Assembly: GCA_043823065.1 (NCBI GenBank)
Contig: JBDRBB010000009.1
Location: 64,001-128,000 of the forward strand
Reading direction: 5' to 3'
DNA length: 64,000 nt
Origin: Pseudomonadota bacterium
GTDB lineage: Bacteria; UBA10199; 2-02-FULL-44-16; DYJF01
Below are positions 1 through 10,940 of the stretch, one piece after another (within the stretch, counting starts at the first letter, position 1; every line of letters starts with the position of its first letter). The translations under genes and the position numbers were made by a program. The notes below the pieces were generated by a model that was given only the letters and a program-made list of their open reading frames with translations, had not been told where the DNA came from and ran no database searches.

Positions 1-1332
1 GATATTGCCAAAGATGTTATGCAGCTGGATGAAGAAGAAAAAGCAGAAATATCCGAGGTGTTAGAAGAGGGTATAATTGAAGAAACAGAAGACGCTTTAA
101 TTGAAGAGAAAAAAAATAAACGTAAAAAAACTAAAAAAAGTATTCAAGGATTGCTACAAGAAGGAACTGATATTTTGGTGCAAGTTGAAAAAGAACCTTT
201 TGGCACCAAAGGAGCTCGCCTAACTTCCCATCTTTCCCTTCCTGGCCGCTATTTAGTTTTCATGCCCACAGTTGATCATATTGGCGTATCCCGGCGTATA
301 GAAGATTCTAGTGAGCGCGATCGTCTGAAAAAGTTAATCAAGGAGCTTCATCAAGGCAGTGGTGGTTATATTGTGCGCACTGTGGCCGAAGGAGTAACTG
401 AAACAGAGCTTAAAGCAGATATTGATTATTTAAATGAGCTTTGGCGCACCATAGAGAAGAAAGCTAAACCTGCCAAGTCGCCAACCTTGATTCATGAAGA
501 GCTGGATGTGTTATCGCGCGTAATTAGAGATCTGTTTACTGCAGATGTTGACCGAGTGGTGGTGGATTCATCTATAGCCAAGGAAAAGGTAAAAGATTTT
601 ATTTCTGATTTTCTGCCTGAAGCTATAGAACGGGTTGAGCTGTACCAAGGTAATGAACCAATTTTTGATGCCTTTGGCATTGAAGTTGAAATTACTCGCG
701 CGCTTGGTCAAAAGGTTTGGTTGAAAAGCGGCGGCTATATCATCATTGAGCAAACAGAAGCTCTAACTGCTATAGATGTTAATACCGGACGTTTTGTCGG
801 CAGAAGAAATGTAGAAGACACAATTCTGAAAACTAATTTGGAAGCTGTTAAAGAAATTGTTTACCAACTGCGTTTAAGAAATATTGGCGGCATTATTATT
901 TTAGATTTTATTGATATGGAAAAACCAGCTAACCGCCAAAAAGTGTTTGGTACGCTAAAAGAAGCTTTGAAAAGTGACCGAGCCAGAACCACAATTACTA
1001 AACTTTCTGAACTGGGTTTGGTGGAAATGACCCGTGCCCGCTCTCGTGAAGATTTGCGCAGGCTTTTAAGCAATGCTTGTCCTTATTGCGAAGGTAAAGG
1101 GTATTTAAAAAGCCCGACCACTGTTTGTTATGAAATTTTTCGGGAAATTCAAAGAGAGGCAAATTATCTAAAATCTAAAAAATTAACTGTGGTTTGTCAT
1201 CCTTCAATTGCTGGTCTTTTATATGATGAAGAAAGGGCCCAGTTAGAAGCCTTGGAAAAAGAACATAAAAAGCGCATCTCCATCAAGAGCATGAATGACT
1301 ATCATTTAGAACAATTTGATATTAATGAATAA
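1..1332 (+). CDS. rng: Ribonuclease E/G family (RNase G/CafA), 5'-truncated by window edge
   Basis: Frame open from base 1; motifs KEPFGTKGARLT, IDVNTGRF, TNLEA, LRNIGGIIILDFIDM, CPYCEG. Confidence 0.93.
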   Translation, partial: DIAKDVMQLDEEEKAEISEVLEEGIIEETEDALIEEKKNKRKKTKKSIQGLLQEGTDILVQVEKEPFGTKGARLTSHLSLPGRYLVFMPTVDHIGVSRRIEDSSERDRLKKLIKELHQGSGGYIVRTVAEGVTETELKADIDYLNELWRTIEKKAKPAKSPTLIHEELDVLSRVIRDLFTADVDRVVVDSSIAKEKVKDFISDFLPEAIERVELYQGNEPIFDAFGIEVEITRALGQKVWLKSGGYIIIEQTEALTAIDVNTGRFVGRRNVEDTILKTNLEAVKEIVYQLRLRNIGGIIILDFIDMEKPANRQKVFGTLKEALKSDRARTTITKLSELGLVEMTRARSREDLRRLLSNACPYCEGKGYLKSPTTVCYEIFREIQREANYLKSKKLTVVCHPSIAGLLYDEERAQLEALEKEHKKRISIKSMNDYHLEQFDINE

Positions 1333-1593
1333 TTAAAATCCTATTTTTAGATTGGCTTTATTGGGACTGACTGTAATATTGGTATTCTGGTTAGTCTTAG
1401 ATTGAAACTCCATACCTCCGGCAATTGTAGTAATTCCTTGCATAAAATCAGAAGGACTTTTTTCCTGATAATTTTTGATATCTATTTTTTCAGTGTGGAC
1501 ATTTGCGCTTTTCTTTTCCTCTTTAGCCATAACTTGGCCTGGTAAGAAGCTGAAAATTAGACCTAATATAGCTATCAATGCGAAATATCTCAT
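1333..1593 (-). CDS. Small exported hypothetical protein (~86 aa)
   Basis: ATG at 1593 after GAAAGG; signal peptide MRYFALIAILGLIFSFLPGQVMA; ends NLKIGF; fills the gap convergent with rng. Confidence 0.6.
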   Translation of the reverse strand: MRYFALIAILGLIFSFLPGQVMAKEEKKSANVHTEKIDIKNYQEKSPSDFMQGITTIAGGMEFQSKTNQNTNITVSPNKANLKIGF

Positions 1594-1658
1594 GAAATTG
1601 CCTTTCATAGATATTATCGGCAATTGGGAGGGAAATGTTGCTAAGAAAATATAAATTT

Positions 1659-1718
1659 TCATGCTTCGACAGGCTCAGCATGAGCGGAGTTCCGTTCGCC
1701 CTGAGCATGTCGAAGGGC
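1659..1718. repeat. REP-like palindromic doublet, family A (TTCGACAGGCTCA / CCCTGAGCnTGTCGAAGGG)
   Basis: Inverted pair; near-identical copies at 54702, 56199, 60487, 62321. Confidence 0.85.
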
Positions 1719-1723
1719 TTATT

Positions 1724-3031
1724 CTACTCCCTTTGGGGTTTAAGATAAGCAGTTAGTTGACTGCGATAGCGTTCAAACAGATAAAAACCAGTGCCTAAGG
1801 CTATCCAGATTACCATTGGAATGGGGATTGGATTGGGGATGTGAATATATAGGAGAACTAATATAATAATAGCTAGTATGCCGCCTAAACTGATCCAATA
1901 TTTGTTTACTTGATAAGGCACTTGCTGCCATAAACTTTTATTAACAAAGGGTAAACAAGCCATGGCAAAACACTCAGCAATATAAAGAATAATCAAAGAT
2001 TGCATAGAAATGCCAATTAAATAGCTAACGCTTTTGGTCCAGATCAGAATAGCTGCTAAGATAAAATTAATGGTTAAACTTAAATGAGGTGTTTGATATT
2101 TTTTATTTACCCTAGCTAAGAAGCGTGGGGCAACATTATCTTCAGCAAAGGCAAATAAAATTCTAGAAGGCACCATCATGCAGGCATTGATGGTGCTTAG
2201 AAAAGCCATGAGTGCGCCTATAGTTACTACTAAATGACCAAAGGGTAGAAAGCTTTGGGCGGCATCTACTAAAGGAGCTTTAGAATTAATAATTGTTTGA
2301 TAGGGAGTTGTACCAAAGGCAACTAGCGAAACACCAACATAGATGGCAATGGAAGTACAAATGCCAAAGATAAAAATGCGCGGAAGTGATTTTCTGGCAT
2401 CTTTGGTTTCCCCAGCAGTTTGAGAAAGTGCGTCAAACCCTGCATAGGCAAAGAAAAGAACTGGCAGGGCGTGCAAGAAACCAGACCAGCCATGAGGTAA
2501 AAAAGGAGTAAAGTTAGTTGACTTGATAGCAAATAAACCAGGAATTACTAATAAAGCAATACTGCCAATTAGGGCAAAAAACATTATTCTTTGCATGCGT
2601 CCAAATTGTTTTATGCCCACCAGATTAATCAGATAAAATAAAAATAAACACAATGTAGCAATAATTTTAGGAGGAGCTGCTGGAAAGATGGCTTGAATAT
2701 AATGTCCAACAGAAACAGCGAGCACGCTTAACACACCTAAATAGGTGAGCCAGGTTAGCCACATCACAATAAAAGCCGGGAAGTGTGACTTAAAAGTGCG
2801 GCTAATATGAATATAGGCGCCGCCAGCTAAATTTCCCAAAGTTGTGCTTTGAAAAATTACATAAGGCAAGGCCATGAGCAGAGTTGCCGGACCAAGTAAA
2901 AGATAAGCTAGGCAAGTGGCTGGGCCTGCATCTTTGCCTGCTTGGCCAATAGCCACAAAAATTCCAGCGCCAATTAACATGCCAATAATCGTGGCATAAC
3001 TGTCTAGTTTTGAAAGGTCGCGTTTAAGCAC
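1724..3031 (-). CDS. APC-family amino acid permease
   Basis: IGMLIGAGIF, FFAYAGFD...AGETKD, SRILFAFAED motifs; about 12 hydrophobic segments. Confidence 0.9.
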   Translation of the reverse strand: MLKRDLSKLDSYATIIGMLIGAGIFVAIGQAGKDAGPATCLAYLLLGPATLLMALPYVIFQSTTLGNLAGGAYIHISRTFKSHFPAFIVMWLTWLTYLGVLSVLAVSVGHYIQAIFPAAPPKIIATLCLFLFYLINLVGIKQFGRMQRIMFFALIGSIALLVIPGLFAIKSTNFTPFLPHGWSGFLHALPVLFFAYAGFDALSQTAGETKDARKSLPRIFIFGICTSIAIYVGVSLVAFGTTPYQTIINSKAPLVDAAQSFLPFGHLVVTIGALMAFLSTINACMMVPSRILFAFAEDNVAPRFLARVNKKYQTPHLSLTINFILAAILIWTKSVSYLIGISMQSLIILYIAECFAMACLPFVNKSLWQQVPYQVNKYWISLGGILAIIILVLLYIHIPNPIPIPMVIWIALGTGFYLFERYRSQLTAYLKPQRE

Positions 3032-3078
3032 GTCTTGTCCTACATCAGAAGCTGGTTTATTTTCAAGCTTTTTCTAAT

Positions 3079-3110
3079 AAAAAAAGGGATGAAAAAATTT
3101 CATCCCTTTT
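3079..3110 (-). terminator. Intrinsic terminator of the outer-membrane protein gene
   Basis: AAAAGGGATGAAA...TTTCATCCCTTTT hairpin with T-tract on the minus strand. Confidence 0.8.
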
Positions 3111-3146
3111 GCGATTTACGACGTACGAAAGACGATGTACTGCTTT

Positions 3147-3905
3147 TTAGAAATGCCAGCCAAATAAGCCTTGCAGGGCAAAATGAGGCTTAAAGCCACC
3201 TTGGGTGACTTTGACGTTTTGAGCAGTTCCTGCGATGTCATTAATATTTCTATAAAATGATTTTTGAATAATCAGATGTTCAGTTGCGTCAATGGCAATA
3301 AACAAACCCTTCCAGATAAAAAACTCGCAACCTGCGCCAATAGCTGGTCCGCCACCTATGACACCGCCCTTGTTAGCATCAGTTGGGGCATTAATAAAAA
3401 TTCCCTGAAAAGCTCCGCCAAGTTTCAGATAGGGAATAATTTTGACCATATTTGGTTGCCAGCTAGCTCTGGTGAAATAAGGTAAGGTTGCTTTAGCATA
3501 AATCCCAAAATCTAAGACATGCTGACGGGCATTTTCCACAGGAAAGGTTCCAGCTGGAAAGGTAATCGTTGGATTGGATGCATAAGGAACACCATTATTA
3601 TTTCCGCCATTAGCATCGCCCACCTGAGAAGTTGCTGTAGCATAATTGATTTGCAACATCGGACCAATCCAATCTGCAATATCCCAACCAAAGGTTATGC
3701 CAAAAGATGGAATAATACTGCTGTCAAAAGCACGGTCAGTAACTACATGACGATCGTTGGTTACCTGCACCATGCCTACATTCGCAGCAAGATAGGGCCC
3801 TTTATGCCAGCCCTTTTCTGGAAAATCCGGCCCAAAAGCAAAAGCCGCGCTGGATATCAGGCAGGTGGCCAGAAACATGGTTAAACCTAATAATATTTTT
3901 TTCAT
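3147..3905 (-). CDS. Putative outer-membrane beta-barrel protein
   Basis: Signal peptide ending AAFA; amphipathic beta strands; C-terminal aromatic motif LFGWHF. Confidence 0.7.
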   Translation of the reverse strand: MKKILLGLTMFLATCLISSAAFAFGPDFPEKGWHKGPYLAANVGMVQVTNDRHVVTDRAFDSSIIPSFGITFGWDIADWIGPMLQINYATATSQVGDANGGNNNGVPYASNPTITFPAGTFPVENARQHVLDFGIYAKATLPYFTRASWQPNMVKIIPYLKLGGAFQGIFINAPTDANKGGVIGGGPAIGAGCEFFIWKGLFIAIDATEHLIIQKSFYRNINDIAGTAQNVKVTQGGFKPHFALQGLFGWHF

Positions 3906-3963
3906 AATCCCCCCTTTAGGTAAGTTATTAAACTTATTTAGCTGAATATATCAGCAGTGTCAA

Positions 3964-4767
3964 TTAACAAGGTTTTTGACATTGTGAACAAAAATGGGTG
4001 CTGCGGCCAGCAACTTTTATCTTGGAAACAACTGACTTACATTTTTGACATTTCTTTTGGCCGTAAACTTTGAGCAGGTTTTGAAAATTACCTTTGCTTC
4101 TGGATGAGGTGCGATAATCTGAAATAGTGGTTCCTTGATGTTTGATGGATAAATTAAGGATATGCTGAATAATTTGGTAAAGTTTTTGCGTATCTATTTG
4201 TTCAACCAAAACTTCAGGATGTTTTTTTAGAGCATAACAAATTTCATCAGCATAGATATTGCCAATACCGGCGATAATTGTTTGATTAAGCAAAAATACC
4301 TTTAGTTTCATCTTAGGGTAACGTTGCTGAAGATTTTTTAATTCTATTTGCGTAATAGCCAGGGCATCTGGGCCAGCATTAATGTAATCTGAAAAATCTT
4401 TATTATCTGGAATAATTGTCCATCGCCCAAATTTGCGCACATCCCGGTAAATTAATTTTTTTCCATTCTGAAAAGTTAGAGCCACATGAGTATGTTTGTC
4501 CACTTGATGATTAGCAAGAGCTGTAAATAGCTGACCGGTCATGCGCAAATGAATTAATAAGTTTTTTCCCTGATTAGTGATAAGTTTGATATATTTGCCG
4601 TGCCTGGAAATTTTTGTAAACTTTTGACCTTTAAGTTGCTTTTCAAAAAATCGGTTCTTTCCACCGACAATGGGCGCAAAATAGACTTTAGCCTCAGAAA
4701 TAGAAGGGCCAATAATATTTTTTCTTAGTCCGCGGACAATTGTCTCAACTTCTGGGAGTTCAGGCAT
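3964..4767 (-). CDS. mutM: Formamidopyrimidine-DNA glycosylase (Fpg)
   Basis: N-terminal [24 protein letters not shown]-terminal CxxC...CxxCQ zinc finger. Confidence 0.96.
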   Translation of the reverse strand: MPELPEVETIVRGLRKNIIGPSISEAKVYFAPIVGGKNRFFEKQLKGQKFTKISRHGKYIKLITNQGKNLLIHLRMTGQLFTALANHQVDKHTHVALTFQNGKKLIYRDVRKFGRWTIIPDNKDFSDYINAGPDALAITQIELKNLQQRYPKMKLKVFLLNQTIIAGIGNIYADEICYALKKHPEVLVEQIDTQKLYQIIQHILNLSIKHQGTTISDYRTSSRSKGNFQNLLKVYGQKKCQKCKSVVSKIKVAGRSTHFCSQCQKPC

Positions 4768-5947
4768 TTTTTATAAGTTTAGCTACAGTTTGGCCAGATT
4801 GATAACAATTTTCTAATTCGTTTTCATCTGGAATATATTTAGCGGTAATGGCTTCTTTAACCAGTTCAATTCCAGTGGCTTTTAGTTCAGCTTCAATAGC
4901 CTTAACTGAGCCGCCGCCCCAACCAAAGGAACCAAAGGTAAAACCAATACGGTTCTGGGGTTTGAGTCCTTTAAGATAAGTTAAAAATCCACCAACAGTT
5001 GGTAACATGCCATTATTTAAAGTTGGCGAGCCGACAATAATAGCCTTGGCCTCTAAGATTTCTTTCATGATCTCAGAAATATCAGTAATCTTGAGATCAA
5101 AGATTTTACATCCTATTCCCTTGCTGGAAATTCCTTCAGCAATAGCCAGTGCCATCTGTTCTGTGGAATTCCACATGGTGTCATAAACAATTACAGCTTT
5201 AGGCTTAGTTTTGTTTGCTGCCCAATCTTTATAACAAGAGATTATTTCGCCAACATTTTTGCGCCAAATTAGACCGTGACTTGGACAAATAGTTTGAATC
5301 TCCAAGCCAGCTACTGCACTAAGCGCTTTGGTGGTAGGCGCAGCAAAGGGCAAGACAATATTAGCATAATATTTTGCTGCTTCAGCTCTTAAATCATTCC
5401 AGTTTAGTTGATCATCAAAGCGTTCATAAGTAGCTAGATGCTGGCCAAAAGCATCATTGGAAAATAGAATCTTTTCTTCAGGACAATAGGTAACCATAGA
5501 ATCTGGCCAATGCACCATGGGTACTTCCACAAAGTTTAAACTTCTGCTGCCCAGCGATAAAACATCACCAGTTTTGACAACTTGAAACTCCCAGTTTTGT
5601 TTAAAATGGCGATTTATATCCTGAGCAGCCCGGGCATCTGCTACCAGCTTGGCTTTTGGAGCAGCTTGTTTAATGGCTGCCAAAGAACCCGAGTGATCCA
5701 TTTCCACATGATTGGCAATTACATAGTCAATCTTTTCCACAGGTAAAACAGAAGAAACGCGCTCCATAAGTTCAGGAGCAAAAGGTTTTTTTGCTGTATC
5801 AATTAAGGCAACTTTTTCATCTACAATAAGATAGGCATTATAAGTAGAACCACGTGGCGTAAGATAGCCGTGGAAATTGCGCAAATTCCAATCTATGGCT
5901 CCAACCCACCAGATGTTTTTAGAAATATTTTTTGCCTTAAAGCTCAT
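4760..5947 (-). CDS. fprA: Flavodiiron protein (A-type flavoprotein, O2/NO reductase)
   Basis: [28 protein letters not shown] metallo-beta-lactamase motifs plus flavodoxin domain ([15 protein letters not shown]). Confidence 0.95.
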   Translation of the reverse strand: MSFKAKNISKNIWWVGAIDWNLRNFHGYLTPRGSTYNAYLIVDEKVALIDTAKKPFAPELMERVSSVLPVEKIDYVIANHVEMDHSGSLAAIKQAAPKAKLVADARAAQDINRHFKQNWEFQVVKTGDVLSLGSRSLNFVEVPMVHWPDSMVTYCPEEKILFSNDAFGQHLATYERFDDQLNWNDLRAEAAKYYANIVLPFAAPTTKALSAVAGLEIQTICPSHGLIWRKNVGEIISCYKDWAANKTKPKAVIVYDTMWNSTEQMALAIAEGISSKGIGCKIFDLKITDISEIMKEILEAKAIIVGSPTLNNGMLPTVGGFLTYLKGLKPQNRIGFTFGSFGWGGGSVKAIEAELKATGIELVKEAITAKYIPDENELENCYQSGQTVAKLIKNA

Positions 5948-6108
5948 TTACTTTCTTTCTTGAATTGATCTTTACCAACACCGCAAACTGGGCAGACCCA
6001 GGTATCTGGAATGTCTTCAAACTTTGTGCCTGGAGCAACGCCATTTTCTGGATCACCAACTTCTGGGTCGTAAACATAACCACAAATTGTACAAGTCCAT
6101 TTTTCCAT
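5944..6108 (-). CDS. Rubredoxin (54 aa; absent from ORF track)
   Basis: Manual translation [58 protein letters not shown] overlap with fprA. Confidence 0.96.
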   Translation of the reverse strand: MEKWTCTICGYVYDPEVGDPENGVAPGTKFEDIPDTWVCPVCGVGKDQFKKESK

Positions 6109-6109
6109 A

Positions 6110-6619
6110 TTATTCCCCCTTCATTTTTTCCCTATAATAATTATAGGTTAAAGGTTTACCCGCTGTTTTAGTGCCTGCCTTGGTTACAGTTGCTACAAAT
6201 AAAGAATGTGTGCCTAAATCTTGAGTTAGTTCTGGAATAACCGTGCATTCATAAAAAGCCTTGGCATCAGGAAGAATAGGTATGCCAAATTCATTTTTTT
6301 CATAATTATAATTGGCAAATTTATCCACTTTTCTGCCAGTTTGAAAACCAAAATGTTTAACCTGATCAAAACAAGCTGGATTTTCTACATCTATGACATT
6401 TACCACAAACTTTCCTGTGGCGCTGATCATTTCATGAGTTAAAGATTTTTTGCCAACACCTACTGCCACCCTGGGCGGCATATTTGTGACTTGCATCAAA
6501 GAATCCAAACACTGGCCATTAGGTTTATTGTCAAAAGCAGTTAGGATATACAAGCCGTGAGTAACTTGAAATAGAGCTTGGTTTAAACCTCTGGTCTCAG
6601 TAACAATTGTAAAATCCAA
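6110..6619 (-). CDS. Flavin reductase-like protein (resembles the flavin domain of high-molecular-weight rubredoxin)
   Basis: [42 protein letters not shown] start with GGAGG. Confidence 0.85.
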   Translation of the reverse strand: MDFTIVTETRGLNQALFQVTHGLYILTAFDNKPNGQCLDSLMQVTNMPPRVAVGVGKKSLTHEMISATGKFVVNVIDVENPACFDQVKHFGFQTGRKVDKFANYNYEKNEFGIPILPDAKAFYECTVIPELTQDLGTHSLFVATVTKAGTKTAGKPLTYNYYREKMKGE

Positions 6620-6627
6620 GTAACCTC

Positions 6628-7374
6628 CTACTGATGCTTATAGATTAGGCCCAGGGGAATTTTTTCTGGCCATTCATAGGCCAATTTTAGCGCAGCTTCC
6701 CAATTTGCAGGATCATGACCTTTAAGCTCATAGACGCGTTCATTATACCAGGCATAGGTATTTAATTTGTTAAAAGTAACACAAGGTTGCAATACATCAA
6801 TCAAGGAAAAACCTTGATGAGCAATTCCCTGGGCAATTAAATTGCTTAAATGTTCAGGTTTGCCAACAAAGCCTCTAGCTACAAAGCTAGCCTTCATGCT
6901 AACAGCTAAAACAATTGGGTTAAAGGGGTGTTCTGCCACGCCATTTGGTTGGGCCTTGGTTTTAAGTAAGTGTTCTGAAGTAGGGCTGGCTTGCCCCTTG
7001 GTTAGACCATAAATTTGATTATTATGCACAACCAAAGTAAGGTTGGGATTGCGACGAATTGCTGCTAATAAATGATTGCCACCTTCTCCATAGTTGCAAC
7101 CATCGCCACTTTCAACAATTACCGTAAGATCTTTGTTGGCTAGTTTGGCGCCAGTAGCAACTGGTAAAGATCTGCCATGCAGACCATTAAATACATTAGC
7201 TTTAAGATAATGAGGTGCTTTGGCAGCTTGACCAATGCCACTAACAAACAAAACCTGGTGCGGTTCTAGATGTGAATCTACCAAGGCTTGCTTCATAGCC
7301 TTGAGCAGCCCAAAATTGCCGCAGCCAGGACACCAAGCAGTTTCAAATGTTCCAAAATCGTTAAGAGTTACCAT
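6628..7374 (-). CDS. 2-oxoacid:ferredoxin oxidoreductase beta subunit (TPP-binding)
   Basis: WCPGCGNF, HGRSLP, GDG, NNQIYGLTKGQASPT, QPCVTFN. Confidence 0.93.
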   Translation of the reverse strand: MVTLNDFGTFETAWCPGCGNFGLLKAMKQALVDSHLEPHQVLFVSGIGQAAKAPHYLKANVFNGLHGRSLPVATGAKLANKDLTVIVESGDGCNYGEGGNHLLAAIRRNPNLTLVVHNNQIYGLTKGQASPTSEHLLKTKAQPNGVAEHPFNPIVLAVSMKASFVARGFVGKPEHLSNLIAQGIAHQGFSLIDVLQPCVTFNKLNTYAWYNERVYELKGHDPANWEAALKLAYEWPEKIPLGLIYKHQ

Positions 7375-8989
7375 TAACATGCCTCAATATATACTCTGGT
7401 GTAATTGGCAGACCATCATACCTAAGGATTAGTTTTTTAATTTCAAAACCAGTTTCCTGGCGCAATAATTTAGCAAATTGCCCTGTAGCATTGCCTTCCA
7501 CACCAATTACTGTTTTGGCATTTTTTAGATGGTCAATAAAATCAGCAGATTTTAAGGGCCATACTTGTGAAAAATGCAGCAGCGCAGCCTTTTGGCTCTG
7601 GTTTTGAAGTTGGGTTATAGCTTCCTGCACAGATCCTTTAGTTGATCCCCAGCAAACAAATAATAGCTCTGGGCTCTTGTCTCCCCAGAAAGTTGGAGCG
7701 ATGCATTTTTCTAAATGCAGATTTAATTTGCGCAATCTCTTTTCCACCATAGCCTTGCGCACACCTAAATCTTCAGTTAGATGCCCGTCTTCAGTGTGTT
7801 CATCACTATCAGTAACAACTAAATGTTTAGTTTGGCCAGGGATGAGCCTGGGGGAAAGTCCAGTGCTGGTAATTTTATGTCTTAAATAAGGTTCTTCTAT
7901 GGTTGTCTCACTGGTTCCAGTTAAGCTTGAAAATTTTTCCAAATCAAAAGGCGCTACGCTACGATAGGAATCTGCTAAAAATTGATCAGTTAAAATAAAG
8001 ACCGGACCTTGGGTTTTCCAAGCCACTTCAAAGGCCTGTCTGGTAGTATAAAAACATTCTTCAACCGAACCAGGAGAAAAAATGCTGCGCGGAAATTCTC
8101 CATGACCTGAATATAAAACAAATTCCAAATCTGCCTGCTCGGTTCTGGTTGGCAAGCCAGTAGCTGGGCCTGGACGTTGAGCAACTACTACCACCAAAGG
8201 TGTTTCAGTCATGCCAGCCAGACTAATAGCTTCGGTCATTAAAGCAAAACCACCGCCAGATGTGGCAACCATGCTGGGCGCTCCGGCAAAAGAAGCGCCA
8301 ATAGCCATATTAATTGCCGCGATTTCATCTTCAACTTGTTCTACAATCAAATTATGCTGTTTTGCTTGAGCTACTAAGCTAAGATTAATCGAAGTTGCTG
8401 GGGTCATGGGATAGAAAAATGCGCATTTCAAACCAGCGCTAATTGCGCCCAGGGCTATTGCTTCATTGCCGTTCATGACTTTGCGTTTTTCTTTATAGCA
8501 TGGTTGAGGAACTTGTTTTAATTTTTGTGCCTGGCTATTTACTAAATCTGTAGCTGCTTGTAGGGCGTTTAGGTTTTGCTCAACTATAGTTGCACCTTTT
8601 TTTTGAAAGGTCTCAGAAACTATTTGTTGGATTAAATTATGGTCTAAATTGAGCAAGGCGGCGATTACTCCTAGAGCAGTTATATTTTTGGTTTTAGAAG
8701 ATGATAGATCTTGAATCAAAGCAGATTGACTAAGGTTTGGTTGATGCAGGTCAATGGTTTTTGCATCTAAGGCTATAAGTAAATCAATTGTCTCTTGAGG
8801 AGCATAAACCTCTTGATCGCTAACACGTATTTCAAAACAATTATGCCCACCTCTGATGCGCGATTGATAACCTTGGGTAACCACAAAAGCATAACCTCTT
8901 TGCCCCAAAGCCTTGGTTAACAATGTGCCAACTGTGACTAAACCCTGCCCAGCTTCTCCGCCAATTAGAATATTTAAAGTGTTTGCCAT
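7361..8989 (-). CDS. 2-oxoacid:acceptor oxidoreductase alpha subunit (fused gamma domain)
   Basis: GGEAGQG, SRIRGGHN, GNEAIALGA, YPMTPAT, EDEIAA, TSGGGF, RPGPATGLPT. Confidence 0.93.
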   Translation of the reverse strand: MANTLNILIGGEAGQGLVTVGTLLTKALGQRGYAFVVTQGYQSRIRGGHNCFEIRVSDQEVYAPQETIDLLIALDAKTIDLHQPNLSQSALIQDLSSSKTKNITALGVIAALLNLDHNLIQQIVSETFQKKGATIVEQNLNALQAATDLVNSQAQKLKQVPQPCYKEKRKVMNGNEAIALGAISAGLKCAFFYPMTPATSINLSLVAQAKQHNLIVEQVEDEIAAINMAIGASFAGAPSMVATSGGGFALMTEAISLAGMTETPLVVVVAQRPGPATGLPTRTEQADLEFVLYSGHGEFPRSIFSPGSVEECFYTTRQAFEVAWKTQGPVFILTDQFLADSYRSVAPFDLEKFSSLTGTSETTIEEPYLRHKITSTGLSPRLIPGQTKHLVVTDSDEHTEDGHLTEDLGVRKAMVEKRLRKLNLHLEKCIAPTFWGDKSPELLFVCWGSTKGSVQEAITQLQNQSQKAALLHFSQVWPLKSADFIDHLKNAKTVIGVEGNATGQFAKLLRQETGFEIKKLILRYDGLPITPEYILRHVNGNS

Positions 8990-9486
8990 TACCTCATTCC
9001 TGCCCAAGTTTCATTTAAGATTACAATGTGATTCATTTCTTCTTTAATGATGCCGTCAACTTTGTCACGTCCTGCTGCGCTGGGTACAAATTCTTTAAGG
9101 CTCATATAAAAGACTATTGAGTCTTTTTCCATGCCAATCGCTTTTTTAAAAATATCAGCCAGAGATTCTTTGCCAGTGATTTTTTTCGCAGGATTTTCCT
9201 TAACATCAAAAACTTTGCCGTCAGCCATAACCTTAAGGTAGGCTTGAGTTTGCTCAGGATCAGCATAGTTTTTGGCGCCAGGTTGTTTTTCCGCATCTTT
9301 TAGTTCTTGTCTTAAGGCTTGAAAAATAATGCGATGTGCCATTTCCATTTCAGCTAAAGCATTTAAAATTTTACTGACCTTGGGATCAGTGAAATTTTCA
9401 GCAGCTTTGCGGTAATAGCTGGCTCCGTTTTTTTCAATCTGTTCCGCCATTTCAAACACTTCATCAGCGCTGAATTTAATACCCAT
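8989..9486 (-). CDS. Ferritin-like (rubrerythrin-family) diiron protein
   Basis: EMAEQIEKNG..YY, EMEMAH, MEKDSIVFY, EEMNH ExxH pairs. Confidence 0.85.
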   Translation of the reverse strand: MGIKFSADEVFEMAEQIEKNGASYYRKAAENFTDPKVSKILNALAEMEMAHRIIFQALRQELKDAEKQPGAKNYADPEQTQAYLKVMADGKVFDVKENPAKKITGKESLADIFKKAIGMEKDSIVFYMSLKEFVPSAAGRDKVDGIIKEEMNHIVILNETWAGMR

Positions 9487-10007
9487 TATTCACCCCCTTG
9501 AGTGGCTGTGGGATAAGTAAAAGTGCGTGTGGCTAATTCTCGATCTAGCATAACTAAGCCACTACCAGAGTTTCCAATTTGTTCCAAGGTCTGAGCAACT
9601 TTAGAAGTAGAAGATTCTTCTTCAATTTGTTCTTCTACAAACCAATTAAGCAGAGGCATTGAAGCATAATCATTTGTTTCTCTGGATAAAGTGACTAAAG
9701 TATTAATTCTGGAAGTTACAAATTGTTCGTGCTTGTAAGCTTCTTGCCAGGCGTCTAAAGGCGATTTCCAGGTTGCTTTTGGCTGCTCAATAGCCAATAA
9801 ATTAATTTTTCCATCTCGATCTCGCAGGTGATCATAAAACTTCATGCCATGCACTAATTCTTCTTGGGCCTGAGCTCGCATCCAGGAAGACATGCCGTCT
9901 AAGCCCTTAGCAGAAAAATAGGCAGCCATGGCCATATATAGATAAGCCGAATAAAACTCATACATAATTTGTTTGTTAATCTCTTCCTGCATTTTTTCAT
10001 TAATCAT
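9486..10007 (-). CDS. ftnA: Non-heme ferritin
   Basis: EFYSAYLYMAM, QEELVHGMKF, HEQFVT, WFVEEQIEEE. Confidence 0.93.
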   Translation of the reverse strand: MINEKMQEEINKQIMYEFYSAYLYMAMAAYFSAKGLDGMSSWMRAQAQEELVHGMKFYDHLRDRDGKINLLAIEQPKATWKSPLDAWQEAYKHEQFVTSRINTLVTLSRETNDYASMPLLNWFVEEQIEEESSTSKVAQTLEQIGNSGSGLVMLDRELATRTFTYPTATQGGE

Positions 10008-10010
10008 AAA

Positions 10011-10400
10011 TCATTCTCCCTTCCAAAGCCCATGGATATTACAGTATTCTCGGGCTATAATTTGGTTTCCTTTAATTTTAAAACTGGCCTCTGGAGCTTG
10101 GCCTGGTTTTAAGAATTCCCGATAGGCTTTTTCTCCAGAAATAACTTCTATCCATTCAATATAATGTTTTTCTTCCATTGGATGAGGCACTTCACCAACT
10201 TTTACTTTTGTCTCTTCTCCAGCTTTTTCCAAAACTGGCACATGTTTTTCTTTTGCTGCCTCAACAGTATTTTCTTTGAAAAGTTTCATGGGTTGCTCGC
10301 AGCAAACCAACTCACCTTTTCCTTCATGCACCATTTCGACTATATTTCCGCAGATTTCGCATTTGTAAATTTCCAGTTTTTTAGGCATTTTTACCCCCAT
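10011..10400 (-). CDS. dfx: Desulfoferrodoxin (superoxide reductase)
   Basis: [10 protein letters not shown]...CC desulforedoxin domain; EKHVP, HPM, HYIEWI, CNIHGLW. Confidence 0.95.
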   Translation of the reverse strand: MGVKMPKKLEIYKCEICGNIVEMVHEGKGELVCCEQPMKLFKENTVEAAKEKHVPVLEKAGEETKVKVGEVPHPMEEKHYIEWIEVISGEKAYREFLKPGQAPEASFKIKGNQIIAREYCNIHGLWKGE

Positions 10401-10413
10401 TTTGTTATATTTG

Positions 10414-10929
10414 TTATAATAGTTTTTTTACTTCAGTTAAAACTGCAGCATAATCAGGCTCGTTGGTAATCTCCTTCACCAATTGAGTATATCTTACAGC
10501 ACCTTCTTTGTCTAAAACGAATATAGAACGAGCTAAAAGCCGAAGCTCTTTAATAAGAACGGCATAAGCTCTGCCAAAGCTAACATCAAAATGGTCTGAG
10601 AGAGTTTTAACTTTATTAACACCTGCAGCTCCACACCAACGGGCTTGGGCAAAAGGTAGGTCAGCGCTGATAGCTAACACTACAACATTTTCATCAAGTT
10701 TAACTGCTTCTTGATTAAATCTTCTAACCTCAGTATCGCAAACTGGGGTGTCAAGAGAAGGCACAGTTGTAATTACACAAATTTTTCCCCTAAATGAAGA
10801 TAATTTTACTGGGTTTAAATTATTATCAAGAAGTGTGGCATCTAAGGCATTGCTGCCAACTTTTACTTCATTGCCTACCAAAGTTAATGGTTTACCCTGG
10901 AAAGTAACAATCCCTTTTCTTTCATTCAT
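10414..10929 (-). CDS. tpx: Thiol peroxidase (Tpx-type peroxiredoxin)
   Basis: [28 protein letters not shown] 10929 with AGGAG. Confidence 0.95.
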   Translation of the reverse strand: MNERKGIVTFQGKPLTLVGNEVKVGSNALDATLLDNNLNPVKLSSFRGKICVITTVPSLDTPVCDTEVRRFNQEAVKLDENVVVLAISADLPFAQARWCGAAGVNKVKTLSDHFDVSFGRAYAVLIKELRLLARSIFVLDKEGAVRYTQLVKEITNEPDYAAVLTEVKKLL

Positions 10930-10940
10930 TTTTTTCTCCT

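Noticed and set aside
1523..1708. ORFs or start extensions derived from repeats (also track starts at 50027, 52958, 57647, 44051)
   Set aside because: They translate palindromic or heptamer repeats; downstream ATGs match the family N-termini better
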